DNA from: Eledone cirrhosa
Lineage: Eukaryota
Assembly (NCBI GenBank): GCA_964016885.1
Contig: OZ024743.1
Location: 333,622,001 to 333,686,000, forward strand
Direction: 5' to 3'
DNA: 64,000 bases
Shown: positions 45,201 to 59,600 of the stretch, one piece after another
Position numbering within the stretch: position 1 is the stretch's first letter
How the letters are laid out: each line of letters opens with the position of its first letter
Made by a program: the position numbers and the translations under genes
Notes under the pieces: generated by a model
What the model was told of the DNA's origin: nothing
Database searches by the model: none
Seen by the model: the letters and a program-made list of their open reading frames with translations, nothing else

Positions 45201-48200
45201 CTACTTCTGTTGACCTATACTGTCATTATTGTCTACTTCTGTTGACCAATAATGTCATTATTGTCTACTACTGTTGACCAATACTGTCATTATTGCCTAC
45301 TACTGTTGACCTATACTGTCATTATTGTCCACTTCTGTTGACCAATACTGTCATTATTGTCTACTACTGTTGACCAATACTGTCATTATTGTCTACTACT
45401 GTTGACCAATACTGTCATTGTCTACTACTGTTGACCAATACTTACATTATTGTCTACAACTGTTGATCAATACTGTCAATATTGTCTACTACGGTTGACC
45501 AATACTTTCATTATTGTCTACTACTCTTGACCAATACTGTCATTATTGTCTACTTCTGTTGACCAATAATGTCATTATTGTCTACTACTGTTGACCAATA
45601 CTGTCATTATTGTCTACTTCTGTTGACCAATAATGTCATTATTGTCTACTACTGTTGATCAATACTTTCATTATTGACTACTACTGTTGACCAATACTGT
45701 CATTATTGTCTACTACTGTTGACCAATACTTTCATTATTGTCTACTACTGTTGACCAATACTGTCATTATTGTCTACTTCTGTTGACCAATACTGTCATT
45801 ATTGTCTACTTCTGTTGACCAATACTGTCATTATTGTCTACTACTGTTGACCAATACTGTCATTATTGTCTACTACTGTTGACCAATACTGTCATTATTG
45901 TCTACTACTGTTGACCAATACTGTCATTATTGTCCACTTCTGTTGACCAATACTGTCATTATTGTCTACTACTGTTGACCAATACTGTATATTATTGTCT
46001 ACTAGTGTTGACCAATACTTTCATTATTGTCTACTACTGTTGACCAATACTGTCATTATTGTCTACTACTGTTCACCAATTCTGTCATTATTGTCTAGTA
46101 CTGTTGACCAATACTTTCATTATTGTCTACTACTGTTGACCAATATCTTCATTATTGTCTACTACTGTTGACCAATACTGTCCTTATTCTCTACTACTGT
46201 TGACCAATACTTTCATTATTGTCTACTTCTGTTGACCAATACTGTCATTATTGTCTACTACTGCTGACCAATAATGTCATTATTGTCAACTACTGTTGAC
46301 CAATACTGTTATTATTGTCTACTTCTGTTGACCAATACTGTCATTATTCTCTACTACTGTTGACCAATACTGTCATTATTGTCTACTACTGTTGACCAAT
46401 ACTTTCATTATTGTCTCCTACTGTTGACCAATACTGTCATTGTCTACTACTGTTGACCAATAATGTCATTATTCTCTACTACTGTTGACCAATACTTTCA
46501 TTATTGACTACTACTGTTGACCAATACTGTCATATATGTCTACTACTGTTGACCAATACTGTCATTATTGTCTACTACTGTTGACCAATACTTACATTAT
46601 TGTCTACAACTGTTGATCAATACTTTCATTGTCTACTACTGTTGACCAATACTGTCAATATTGTCTACTACTGTTGACCAATAATGTCATTATTGTCTAC
46701 TACTGTTGACCAATACTGTCATTATTGTCTACTTCTGTTGATCAATACTGTCATTATTGTCTACTACTGTTGACCAATACTGTCATTATTGTCTACTACT
46801 GTTGACCAATACTTTCATTATTGTCTACTACTGTTGACCAATAATGTCATTATTCTCTACTACTGTTGACCAATACTTTCATTATTGACTACTACTGTTG
46901 ACCAATACTGTCATTATTGTCTACTACTGTTGACCAATACTGTCATTATTGTCTACTTCTGTTGATCAATACTGTCATTATTGTCTACTACTGTTGACCA
47001 ATACTGTCATTATTGTCTACTACTGTTGACCAATACTTTCATTATTGTCTACTACTGTTGACCAATAATGTCATTATTCTCTACTACTGTTGACCAATAC
47101 TTTCATTATTGACTACTACTGTTGACCAATACTGTCATTGTCTACTACTGTTGACCAATACTGTCATTATTGTCTACTACTGTTGACCAATACTTACATA
47201 ATTGTCTACAACTGTTGATCAATACTGTCAATATTGTCTACTACTGTTGACCAATACTGTCATTATTGTCTACTACTGTTGACCAATACTGTCATTGTCT
47301 ACTACTGTTGACCAATACTGTCATTATTGTCTACTTCTGTTGACCAATACTGTTATTATTGTCTACTACTGTTGACCAATACTGTCATTATTGTCTACTA
47401 CTGTTGACCAATACTTTCATTATTGCCTACTACTGTTGACCAATACTGTCATTATTGTCTACTACTGTTGACCAATACTGTCATTATTGTCTACTACTGT
47501 TGATCAATACTGTCATTATTGTCTACTTCTGTTGACCAATACTGTCATTATTGTCTACTACTGTTGACCAATACTGTCATTATTGTCTACTACTGTTGAC
47601 CAATACTTTCATTATTGTCTACTACTGTTGATCAATACTGTCATTATTCTCTACTACTGTTGACCAATACTGTCTTTATTGTCTACTTCTGTTGACCAAT
47701 ACTGTCCTTATTCTCTACTACTGTTGACCAATACTGTCTTTATTGTCTACTTCTGTTGACCAATACTGTCCTTATTCTCTACTACTGTTGACCAATACTT
47801 TCATTATTGTCTACTTCTGTTGACCAATACTGTCATTATTGTCTACTACTGTTGACCAATACTGTCTTTATTGTCTACTACTGTTGACCAATACTGTCAT
47901 TATTGTCTACTTCTGTTGACCAATACTGTCATTATTGTCTACTTCTGTTGATCAATACTGTCATTATTGTCTACTACTGTTGACCAATACTGTCATTATT
48001 GTCTACTACTGTTGACCAATACTTTCATTATTGTCTACTACTGTTGACCAATAATGTCATTATTCTCTACTTCTGTTGACCAATACTGTCATTATTGTCT
48101 ACTACTGTTGACCAATACTGTCTTTATTGTCTACTACTGTTGACCAATACTGTCATTATTGTCTACTTCTGTTGACCAATACTGTCATTATTGTCTACTA

Positions 48201-51200
48201 CTGTTGACCAATACTGTCATTATTGTTTACTACTGTTGACCAATACTTTCATTATTGTCTACTACTGTTGACCAATACTGTCATTATTGTCTATTTCTGT
48301 TGATCAATACTGTCATTATTCTCTACTACTGTTGACCAATAGTCATTATTGTCTACTTCTGTTGACCAATACTGTCCTTATTCTCTACTACTGTTGACCA
48401 ATACTTTCATTATTGTCTACTACTGTTGACCAATACTGTCATTATTGTCTACTACTGTTGACCAATACTGTCATTATTGTCTACTTCTGTTGACCAATAC
48501 TGTCATTATTGTCTACTACTGTTGACCAATACTGTCATTATTGTCTACTTCTGTTGACCAATAATGTCATTATTGTCTACTACTGTTGATCAATACTTTC
48601 ATTATTGACTACTACTGTTGACCAATACTGTCATTATTGTCTACTACTGTTGACCAATACTTTCATTATTGTCTACTACTGTTGACCAATACTGTCATTA
48701 TTGTCTACTTCTGTTGACCAATACTGTCATTATTGTCTACTTCTGTTGACCAATACTGTCATTATTGTCTACTACTGTTGACCAATACTGTCATTATTGT
48801 CTACTACTGTTGACCAATACTGTCATTATTGTCTACTACTGTTGACCAATACTGTCATTATTGTCTACTTCTGTTGACCAATACTGTCATTATTGTCTAC
48901 TACTGTTGACCAATACTGTATATTATTGTCTACTAGTGTTGACCAATACTTTCATTATTGTCTACTACTGTTGACCAATACTGTCATTATTGTCTACTAC
49001 TGTTGACCAATTCTGTCATTATTGTCTAGTACTGTTGACCAATACTTTCATTATTGTCTACTACTGTTGACCAATATCTTCATTATTGTCTACTAATGTT
49101 GACCAATACTGTCCTTATTCTCTACTACTGTTGACCAATACTTTCATTATTGTCTACTTCTGTTGACCAATACTGTCATTATTGTCTACTACTGCTGACC
49201 AATAATGTCATTATTGTCAACTACTGTTGACCAATACTGTTATTATTGTCTACTTCTGTTGACCAATACTGTCATTATTCTCTACTACTGTTGACCAATA
49301 ATGTCATTATTCTCTACTACTGTTGACCAATACTGTCATTATTGTCTACTACTGTTGACCAATACTTTCATTATTGTCTCCTACTGTTGACCAATACTGT
49401 CATTGTCTACTACTGTTGACCAATAATGTCATTATTCTCTACTACTGTTGACCAATACTTTCATTATTGACTACTACTGTTGACCAATACTGTCATATAT
49501 GTCTACTACTGTTGACCAATACTGTCATTATTGTCTACTACTGTTGACCAATACTTACATTATTGTCTACAACTGTTGATCAATACTTTCATTGTCTACT
49601 ACTGTTGACCAATACTGTCAATATTGTCTACTACTCTTGACCAATAATGTCATTATTGTCTACTGTTGACCAATACTGTCATTATTGTCTACTTCTGTTG
49701 ATCAATACTGTCATTATTGTCTACTACTGTTGAGCAATACTGTCATTATTGTCTACTACTGTTGACCAATACTTTCATTATTGTCTACTACTGTTGACCA
49801 ATAATGTCATTATTCTCTACTACTGTTGACCAATACTTTCATTATTGACTACTACTGTTGACCAATACTGTCATTATTGTCTACTACTGTTGACCAATAC
49901 TGTCATTATTGTCTACTTCTGTTGACCAATACTGTCATTATTGTCTACTACTGTTGACCAATACTTACATTATTGTCTACAACTGTTGATCAATACTGTC
50001 AATATTGTCTACTACTGTTGACCAATACTGTCATTATTGTCTACTACTGTTGACCAATACTGTCATTGTCTACTACTGTTGACCAATACTGTCATTATTG
50101 TCTACTTCTGTTGACCAATACTGTTATTATTGTCTACTACTGTTGACCAATACTGTCATTATTGTCTACTACTGTTGACCAATACTTTCATTATTGCCTA
50201 CTACTGTTGACCAATACTGTCATTATTGTCTACTACTGTTGACCAATACTGTCATTATTGTCTACTACTGTTGACCAATACTTTCATTATTGTCTACTAT
50301 TGTTGATCAATACTGTCATTATTCTCTACTACTGTTGACCAATACTGTCTTTATTGTCTACTTCTGTTGACCAATACTGTCCTTATTCTCTACTACTGTT
50401 GACCAATACTTTCATTATTGTCTACTTCTGTTGACCAATACTGTCATAATTGTCTACTACTGTTGACCAATACTGTCTTTATTGTCTACTACTGTTGACC
50501 AATACTGTCATTATTGTCTACTTCTGTTGACCAATACTGTCATTATTGTCTACTACTGTTGACCAATACTGTCATTATTGTTTACTACTGTTGACCAATA
50601 CTTTCATTATTGTCTACTACTGTTGACCAATACTGTCATTATTGTCTACTTCTGTTGATCAATACTGTCATTATTCTCTACTACTGTTGACCAATAGTCA
50701 TTATTGTCTACTTCTGTTGACCAATACTGTCCATATTCTCTACTACTGTTGACCAATACTTTCATTATTGTCTACTACTGTTGACCAATACTGTCATTAT
50801 TGTCTACTACTGTTGACCAATACTGTCATTATTGTCTACTACTGTTGACCAATACTGTCATTATTGTCTACTTCTGTTGACCAATAATGTCATTATTGTC
50901 TACTACTATTGATCAATACTTTCATTATTGACTACTACTGTTGACCAATACTGTCATTATTGTCTACTACTGTTGACCAATACTGTTATTATTGTCTACT
51001 TCTGTTGACCTATACTGTCATTATTGTCTACTTCTGTTGACCAATAATGTCATTATTGTCTACTACTGTTGACCAATACTGTCATTATTGCCTACTACTG
51101 TTGACCTATACTGTCATTATTGTCCACTTCTGTTGACCAATACTGTCATTATTGTCTACTACTGTTGACCAATACTGTCATTATTGTCTACTACTGTTGA

Positions 51201-53600
51201 CCAATACTGTCATTGTCTACTACTGTTGACCAATACTTACATTATTGTCTACAACTGTTGATCAATACTGTCAATATTGTCTACTACGGTTGACCAATAC
51301 TTTCATTATTGTCTACTACTCTTGACCAATACTGTCATTATTGTCTACTTCTGTTGACCAATAATGTCATTATTGTCTACTACTGTTGACCAATACTGTC
51401 ATTATTGTCTACTTCTGTTGACCAATAATGTCATTATTGTCTACTACTGTTGATCAATACTTTCATTATTGACTACTACTGTTGACCAATACTGTCATTA
51501 TTGTCTACTACTGTTGACCAATACTTTCATTATTGTCTACTACTGTTGACCAATACTGTCATTATTGTCTACTTCTGTTGACCAATACTGTCATTATTGT
51601 CTACTTCTGTTGACCAATACTGTCATTATTGTCTACTACTGTTGACCAATACTGTATATTATTGTCTACTAGTGTTGACCAATACTTTCATTATTGTCTA
51701 CTACTGTTGACCAATACTGTCATTATTGTCTACTACTGTTCACCAATTCTGTCATTATTGTCTAGTACTGTTGACCAATACTTTCATTATTGTCTACTAC
51801 TGTTGACCAATATCTTCATTATTGTCTACTACTGTTGACCAATACTGTCCTTATTCTCTACTACTGTTGACCAATACTTTCATTATTGTCTACTTCTGTT
51901 GACCAATACTGTCATTATTGTCTACTACTGCTGACCAATAATGTCATTATTGTCAACTACTGTTGACCAATACTGTTATTATTGTCTACTTCTGTTGACC
52001 AATACTGTCATTATTCTCTACTACTGTTGACCAATACTGTCATTATTGTCTACTACTGTTGACCAATACTGTCATTATTGTCTACTTCTGTTGACCAATA
52101 CTGTCATTATTCTCTACTACTGTTGACCAATACTTTCATTATTGTCTCCTACTGTTGACCAATACTGTCATTGTCTACTACTGTTGACCAATAATGTCAT
52201 TATTCTCTACTACTGTTGACCAATACTTTCATTATTGACTACTACTGTTGACCAATACTGTCATATATGTCTACTACTGTTGACCAATACTGTCATTATT
52301 GTCTACTACTGTTGACCAATACTTACATTATTGTCTACAACTGTTGATCAATACTTTCATTGTCTACTACTGTTGACCAATACTGTCAATATTGTCTACT
52401 ACTGTTGACCAATAATGTCATTATTGTCTACTACTGTTGACCAATACTGTCATTATTGTCTACTTCTGTTGATCAATACTGTCATTATTGTCTACTACTG
52501 TTGACCAATACTGTCATTATTGTCTACTACTGTTGACCAATACTTTCATTATTGTCTACTACTGTTGACCAATAATGTCATTATTCTCTACTACTGTTGA
52601 CCAATACTTTCATTATTGACTACTACTGTTGACCAATACTGTCATTATTGTCTACTACTGTTGACCAATACTGTCATTATTGTCTACTTCTGTTGATCAA
52701 TACTGTCATTATTGTCTACTACTGTTGACCAATACTGTCATTATTGTCTACTACTGTTGACCAATACTTTCATTATTGTCTACTACTGTTGACCAATAAT
52801 GTCATTATTCTCTACTACTGTTGACCAATACTTTCATTATTGACTACTACTGTTGACCAATACTGTCATTGTCTACTACTGTTGACCAATACTGTCATTA
52901 TTGTCTACTACTGTTGACCAATACTTACATTATTGTCTACAACTGTTGATCAATACTGTCAATATTGTCTACTACTGTTGACCAATACTGTCATTATTGT
53001 CTACTACTGTTGACCAATACTGTCATTGTCTACTACTGTTGACCAATACTGTCATTATTGTCTACTTCTGTTGACCAATACTGTTATTATTGTCTACTAC
53101 TGTTGACCAATACTGTCATTATTGTCTACTACTGTTGACCAATACTTTCATTATTGCCTACTACTGTTGACCAATACTGTCATTATTGTCTACTACTGTT
53201 GACCAATACTGTCATTATTGTCTACTACTGTTGATCAATACTGTCATTATTGTCTACTTCTGTTGACCAATACTGTCATTATTGTCTACTACTGTTGACC
53301 AATACTGTCATTATTGTCTACTACTGTTGACCAATACTTTCATTATTGTCTACTACTGTTGATCAATACTGTCATTATTCTCTACTACTGTTGACCAATA
53401 CTGTCTTTATTGTCTACTTCTGTTGACCAATACTGTCCTTATTCTCTACTACTGTTGACCAATACTTTCATTATTGTCTACTTCTGTTGACCAATACTGT
53501 CATTATTGTCTACTACTGTTGACCAATACTGTCTTTATTGTCTACTACTGTTGACCAATACTGTCATTATTGTCTACTTCTGTTGACCAATACTGTCATT
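42270..53600. repeat. Tandem duplication with a ~5.7-5.8-kb unit and whole-monomer indels (offsets 5795, 5667, 5731)
   Basis: TAGTACT at 43232/49027 and ACGGTT at 45491/51286 (5795). ORF starts at 45962/51629 (5667, i.e. -128). GTCTCC at 46413/52144 (5731, i.e. +64). Confidence 0.88.
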
Positions 53601-56600
53601 ATTGTCTACTACTGTTGACCAATACTGTCATTATTGTTTACTACTGTTGACCAATACTTTCATTATTGTCTACTACTGTTGACCAATACTGTCATTATTG
53701 TCTACTTCTGTTGATCAATACTGTCATTATTCTCTACTACTGTTGACCAATAGTCATTATTGTCTACTTCTGTTGACCAATACTGTCCATATTCTCTACT
53801 ACTGTTGACCAATACTTTCATTATTGTCTACCACTGTTGACCAATACTGTCATTATTGTCTACTACTGTTGACCAATACTGTCATTATTGTCTACTTCTG
53901 TTGACCAATACTGTCATTATTGTCTACTACTGTTGACCAATACTGTCATTATTGTCTACTTCTGTTGACCAATAATGTCATTATTGTCTACTACTATTGA
54001 TCAATACTTTCATTATTGACTACTACTGTTGACCAATACTGTCATTATTGTCTACTACTGTTGACCAATACTGTTATTATTGTCTACTTCTGTTGACCTA
54101 TACTGTCATTATTGTCTACTTCTGTTGACCAATAATGTCATTATTGTCTACTGTTGACCAATACTGTCATTATTGCCTACTACTGTTGACCTATACTGTC
54201 ATTATTGTCCACTTCTGTTGACCAATACTGTCATTATTGTCTACTACTGTTGACCAATACTGTCATTATTGTCTACTACTGTTGACCAATACTGTCATTG
54301 TCTACTACTGTTGACCAATACTTACATTATTGTCTACAACTGTTGACCAATACTGTCATTATTGTCTACTTCTGTTGATCAATACTGTCATTATTGTCTA
54401 CTTCTGTTGACCAATACTGTCATTATTGTCTACTACTGTTGACCAATACTGTCATTATTGTCTACTACTGTTGACCAATACTGTCATTATTGTCTACTAC
54501 TGTTGACCAATACTGTATATTATTGTCTACTAGTGTTGACCAATACTTTCATTATTGTCTACTACTGTTGACCAATACTGTCATTATTGTCTACTACTGT
54601 TGACCAATTCTGTCATTATTGTCTACTACTGTTGACCAATACTTTCATTATTGTCTACTACTGTTGACCAATATCTTCATTATTGTCTACTACTGTTGAC
54701 CAATACTGTCCTTATTCTCTACTACTGTTGACCAATACTTTCATTATTGTCTACTTCTGTTGACCAATACTGTCATTATTGTCTACTACTGCTGACCAAT
54801 AATGTCATTATTGTCAACTACTGTTGACCAATACTGTTATTATTGTCTACTTCTGTTGACCAATACTGTCATTATTCTCTACTACTGTTGACCAATAATG
54901 TCATTATTCTCTACTACTGTTGACCAATACTGTCATTATTGTCTACTACTGTTGCCCAATACTTTCATTATTGTCTACTACTGTTGACCAATACTGTCAT
55001 TGTCTACTACTGTTGACCAATAATGTCATTATTCTCTACTACTGTTGACCAATACTTTCATTATTGACTACTACTGTTGACCAATACTGTCATATATGTC
55101 TACTACTGTTGACCAATACTGTCATTATTGTCTACTACTGTTGACCAATACTTACATTATTGTCTACAACTGTTGATCAATACTTTCATTGTCTACTACT
55201 GTTTACCAATACTGTCAATATTGTCTACTACTGTTGACCAATAATGTCATTATTGTCTACTACTGTTGACCAATACTGTCATTATTGTCTACTTCTGTTG
55301 ATAAATACTGTCATTATTGTCTACTACTGTTGACCAATACTGTCATTATTGTCTACTACTGTTGACCAATACTTTCATTATTGTCTACTACTGTTGACCA
55401 ATAATGTCATTATTCTCTACTACTGTTGACCAATACTTTCATTATTGACTACTACTGTTGACCAATACTGTCATTATTGTCTACTACTGTTGACCAATAC
55501 TGTCATTATTGTCTACTTCTTTTGACCAATACTGTCATTATTGTCTACTACTGTTGACCAATACTTACATTATTGTCTACAACTGTTGATCAATACTGTC
55601 AATATTGTCTACTACTGTTGACCAATACTGTCATTATTGTCTACTACTGTTGACCAATACTTTCATTATTGTCTACTACTGTTGACCAATACTGTCATTG
55701 TCTACTACTGTTGACCAATAATGTCATTATTCTCTACTACTGTTGACCAATACTTTCATTATTGACTACTACTGTTGACCAATACTGTCATATATGTCTA
55801 CTACTGTTGACCAATACTGTCATTATTGTCTACTACTGTTGACCAATACTTACATTATTGTCTACAACTGTTGATCAATACTTTCATTGTGTACTACTGT
55901 TGACCAATACTGTCAATATTGTCTACTACTGTTGACCAATAATGTCATTATTGTCTACTACTGTTGACCAATACTGTCATTATTGTCTACTTCTGTTGAC
56001 CAATACTGTCATTATTGTCTACTACTGTTGACCAATACTGTCATTATTGTCTACTACTGTTGACCAATACTTTCATTATTGTCTACTACTGTTGACCAAT
56101 ACTTTCATTATTCTCTACTACTGTTGACCAATACTTTCATTATTGACTACTACTGTTGACCAATACTGTCATTATTGTCTACTACTGTTGACCAATACTT
56201 AAATTATTGTCTACAACTGTTGATCAATACTGTCAATATTGTCTACTACTGTTGACCAATACTGTCATTGTCTACTACTGTTGACCAATACTGTCATTAT
56301 TGTCTACTTCTGTTGACCAATACTGTTATTATTGTCTACTACTGTTGACCAATACTGTCATTATTGTCTACTACTGTTGACCAATACTTTCATTATTGCC
56401 TACTACTGTTGACCAATACTGTCATTATTGTCTACTACTATTGACCAATACTGTCATTATTGTCTACTACTGTTGATCAATACTGTCATTATTGTCTACT
56501 TCTGTTGACCAATACTGTCATTATTGTCTACTACTGTTGACCAATACTGTCATTATTGTCTACTACTGTTGACCAATACTTTCATTATTGTCTACTACTG

Positions 56601-59600
56601 TTGATCAATACTGTCATTAATCTCTACTACTGTTGACCAATACTGTCTTTATTGTCTACTTCTGTTGACCAATACTTTCCTTATTCTCTACTACTGTTGA
56701 CCAATACTTTCATTATTGTCTACTTCTGTTGACCAATACTGTCATTATTGTCTACTACTGTTGACCAATACTGTCTTTATTGTCTACTACTGTTGACCAA
56801 TACTGTCATTATTGTCTACTAGTGTTGACCAATACTTTCATTATTGTCTACTACTGTTGACCAATACTGTCTTTATTGTCTACTACTGTTGACCAATACT
56901 GTCATTATTGTCTACTACTGTTGACCAATACTTTCATTATTGACTACTACTGTTGACCAATACTGTCATTATTGTCTACTACTGTTGACCAATACTGTCA
57001 TTATTGTCTACTTCTGTTGACCATTACTGTCATTATTGTCTACTACTGTTGACCAATACTTACATTATTGTCTACAACTGTTGACCAATACTGTCATTAT
57101 TGTCTACTACTGCTGACCAATAATGTCATTATTGTCAACTACTACCACCAATACTGTTATTATTGTCTACTTCTGTTGACCAATACTGTCATTATTCTCT
57201 ACTACTGTTGACCAATACTGTCATTATTGTCTACTACTGTTGACCAATACTTTCATTATTGTCTCCTACTGTTGACCAATACTGTCATTGTCTACTACTG
57301 TTGACCAATAATGTCATTATTCTCTACTACTGTTGACCAATACTTTCATTATTGACTACTACTGTTGACCAATACTGTCATATATGTCTACTACTGTTGA
57401 CCAATACTGTCATTATTGTCTACTACTGTTGACCAATACTTACATTATTGTCTACAACTGTTGATCAATACTTTCATTGTCTACTACTGTTGACCAATAC
57501 TGTCAATATTGTCTACTACTGTTGACCAATAATGTCATTATTGTCTACTACTGTTGACCAATACTGTCATTATTGTCTACTTCTGTTGATCAATACTGTC
57601 ATTATTGTCTACTACTGTTGACCAATACTGTCATTATTGTCTACTACTGTTGACCAATACTTTCATTATTGTCTACTACTGTTGACCAATAATGTCATTA
57701 TTCTCTACTACTGTTGACCAATACTTTCATTATTGACTACTACTGTTGACCAATACTGTCATTATTGTCTACTACTGTTGACCAATACTGTCATTATTGT
57801 CTACTTCTGTTGATCAATACTGTCATTATTGTCTACTACTGTTGACCAATACTGTCATTATTGTCTACTACTGTTGACCAATACTTTCATTATTGTCTAC
57901 TACTGTTGACCAATAATGTCATTATTCTCTACTACTGTTGACCAATACTTTCATTATTGACTACTACTGTTGACCAATACTGTCATTGTCTACTACTGTT
58001 GACCAATACTGTCATTATTGTCTACTACTGTTGACCAATACTTACATTATTGTCTACAACTGTTGATCAATACTGTCAATATTGTCTACTACTGTTGACC
58101 AATACTGTCATTGTCTACTACTGTTGACCAATACTGTCATTGTCTACTACTGTTGACCAATACTGTCATTATTGTCTACTTCTGTTGACCAATACTGTTA
58201 TTATTGTCTACTACTGTTGACCAATACTGTCATTATTGTCTACTACTGTTGACCAATACTTTCATTATTGCCTACTACTGTTGACCAATACTGTCATTAT
58301 TGTCTACTACTGTTGACCAATACTGTCATTATTGTCTACTACTGTTGATCAATACTGTCATTATTGTCTACTTCTGTTGACCAATACTGTCATTATTGTC
58401 TACTACTGTTGACCAATACTGTCATTATTGTCTACTACTGTTGACCAATACTTTCATTATTGTCTACTACTGTTGATCAATACTGTCATTATTCTCTACT
58501 ACTGTTGACCAATACTGTCTTTATTGTCTACTTCTGTTGACCAATACTGTCCTTATTCTCTACTACTGTTGACCAATACTTTCATTATTGTCTACTTCTG
58601 TTGACCAATACTGTCATTATTGTCTACTACTGTTGACCAATACTGTCTTTATTGTCTACTACTGTTGACCAATACTGTCATTATTGTCTACTTCTGTTGA
58701 CCAATACTGTCATTATTGTCTACTACTGTTGACCAATACTGTCATTATTGTTTACTACTGTTGACCAATACTTTCATTATTGTCTACTACTGTTGACCAA
58801 TACTGTCATTATTGTCTACTTCTGTTGATCAATACTGTCATTATTCTCTACTACTGTTGACCAATAGTCATTATTGTCTACTTCTGTTGACCAATACTGT
58901 CCATATTCTCTACTACTGTTGACCAATACTTTCATTATTGTCTACTACTGTTGACCAATACTGTCATTATTGTCTACTACTGTTGACCAATACTGTCATT
59001 ATTGTCTACTTCTGTTGACCAATACTGTCATTATTGTCTACTACTGTTGACCAATACTGTCATTATTGTCTACTTCTGTTGACCAATAATGTCATTATTG
59101 TCTACTACTATTGATCAATACTTTCATTATTGACTACTACTGTTGACCAATACTGTCATTATTGTCTACTACTGTTGACCAATACTGTTATTATTGTCTA
59201 CTTCTGTTGACCTATACTGTCATTATTGTCTACTTCTGTTGACCAATAATGTCATTATTGTCTACTACTGTTGACCAATACTGTCATTATTGCCTACTAC
59301 TGTTGACCTATACTGTCATTATTGTCCACTTCTGTTGACCAATACTGTCATTATTGTCTACTACTGTTGACCAATACTGTCATTATTGTCTACTACTGTT
59401 GACCAATACTGTCATTGTCTACTACTGTTGACCAATACTTACATTATTGTCTACAACTGTTGATCAATACTGTCAATATTGTCTACTACTGTTGACCAAT
59501 ACTTTCATTATTGTCTACAACTGTTGACCAATACTGTCATTATTGTCTACTTCTGTTGATCAATACTGTCATTATTGTCTACTTCTGTTGACCAATACTG

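Noticed and set aside
45962-46171. Identical 69-aa ORF
   Set aside because: It is a passive copy within the 18890-offset duplication. Identity reflects recent duplication, not conservation.
51629-51838. Identical 69-aa ORF
   Set aside because: It is a passive copy within the ~5.7-kb tandem duplication.
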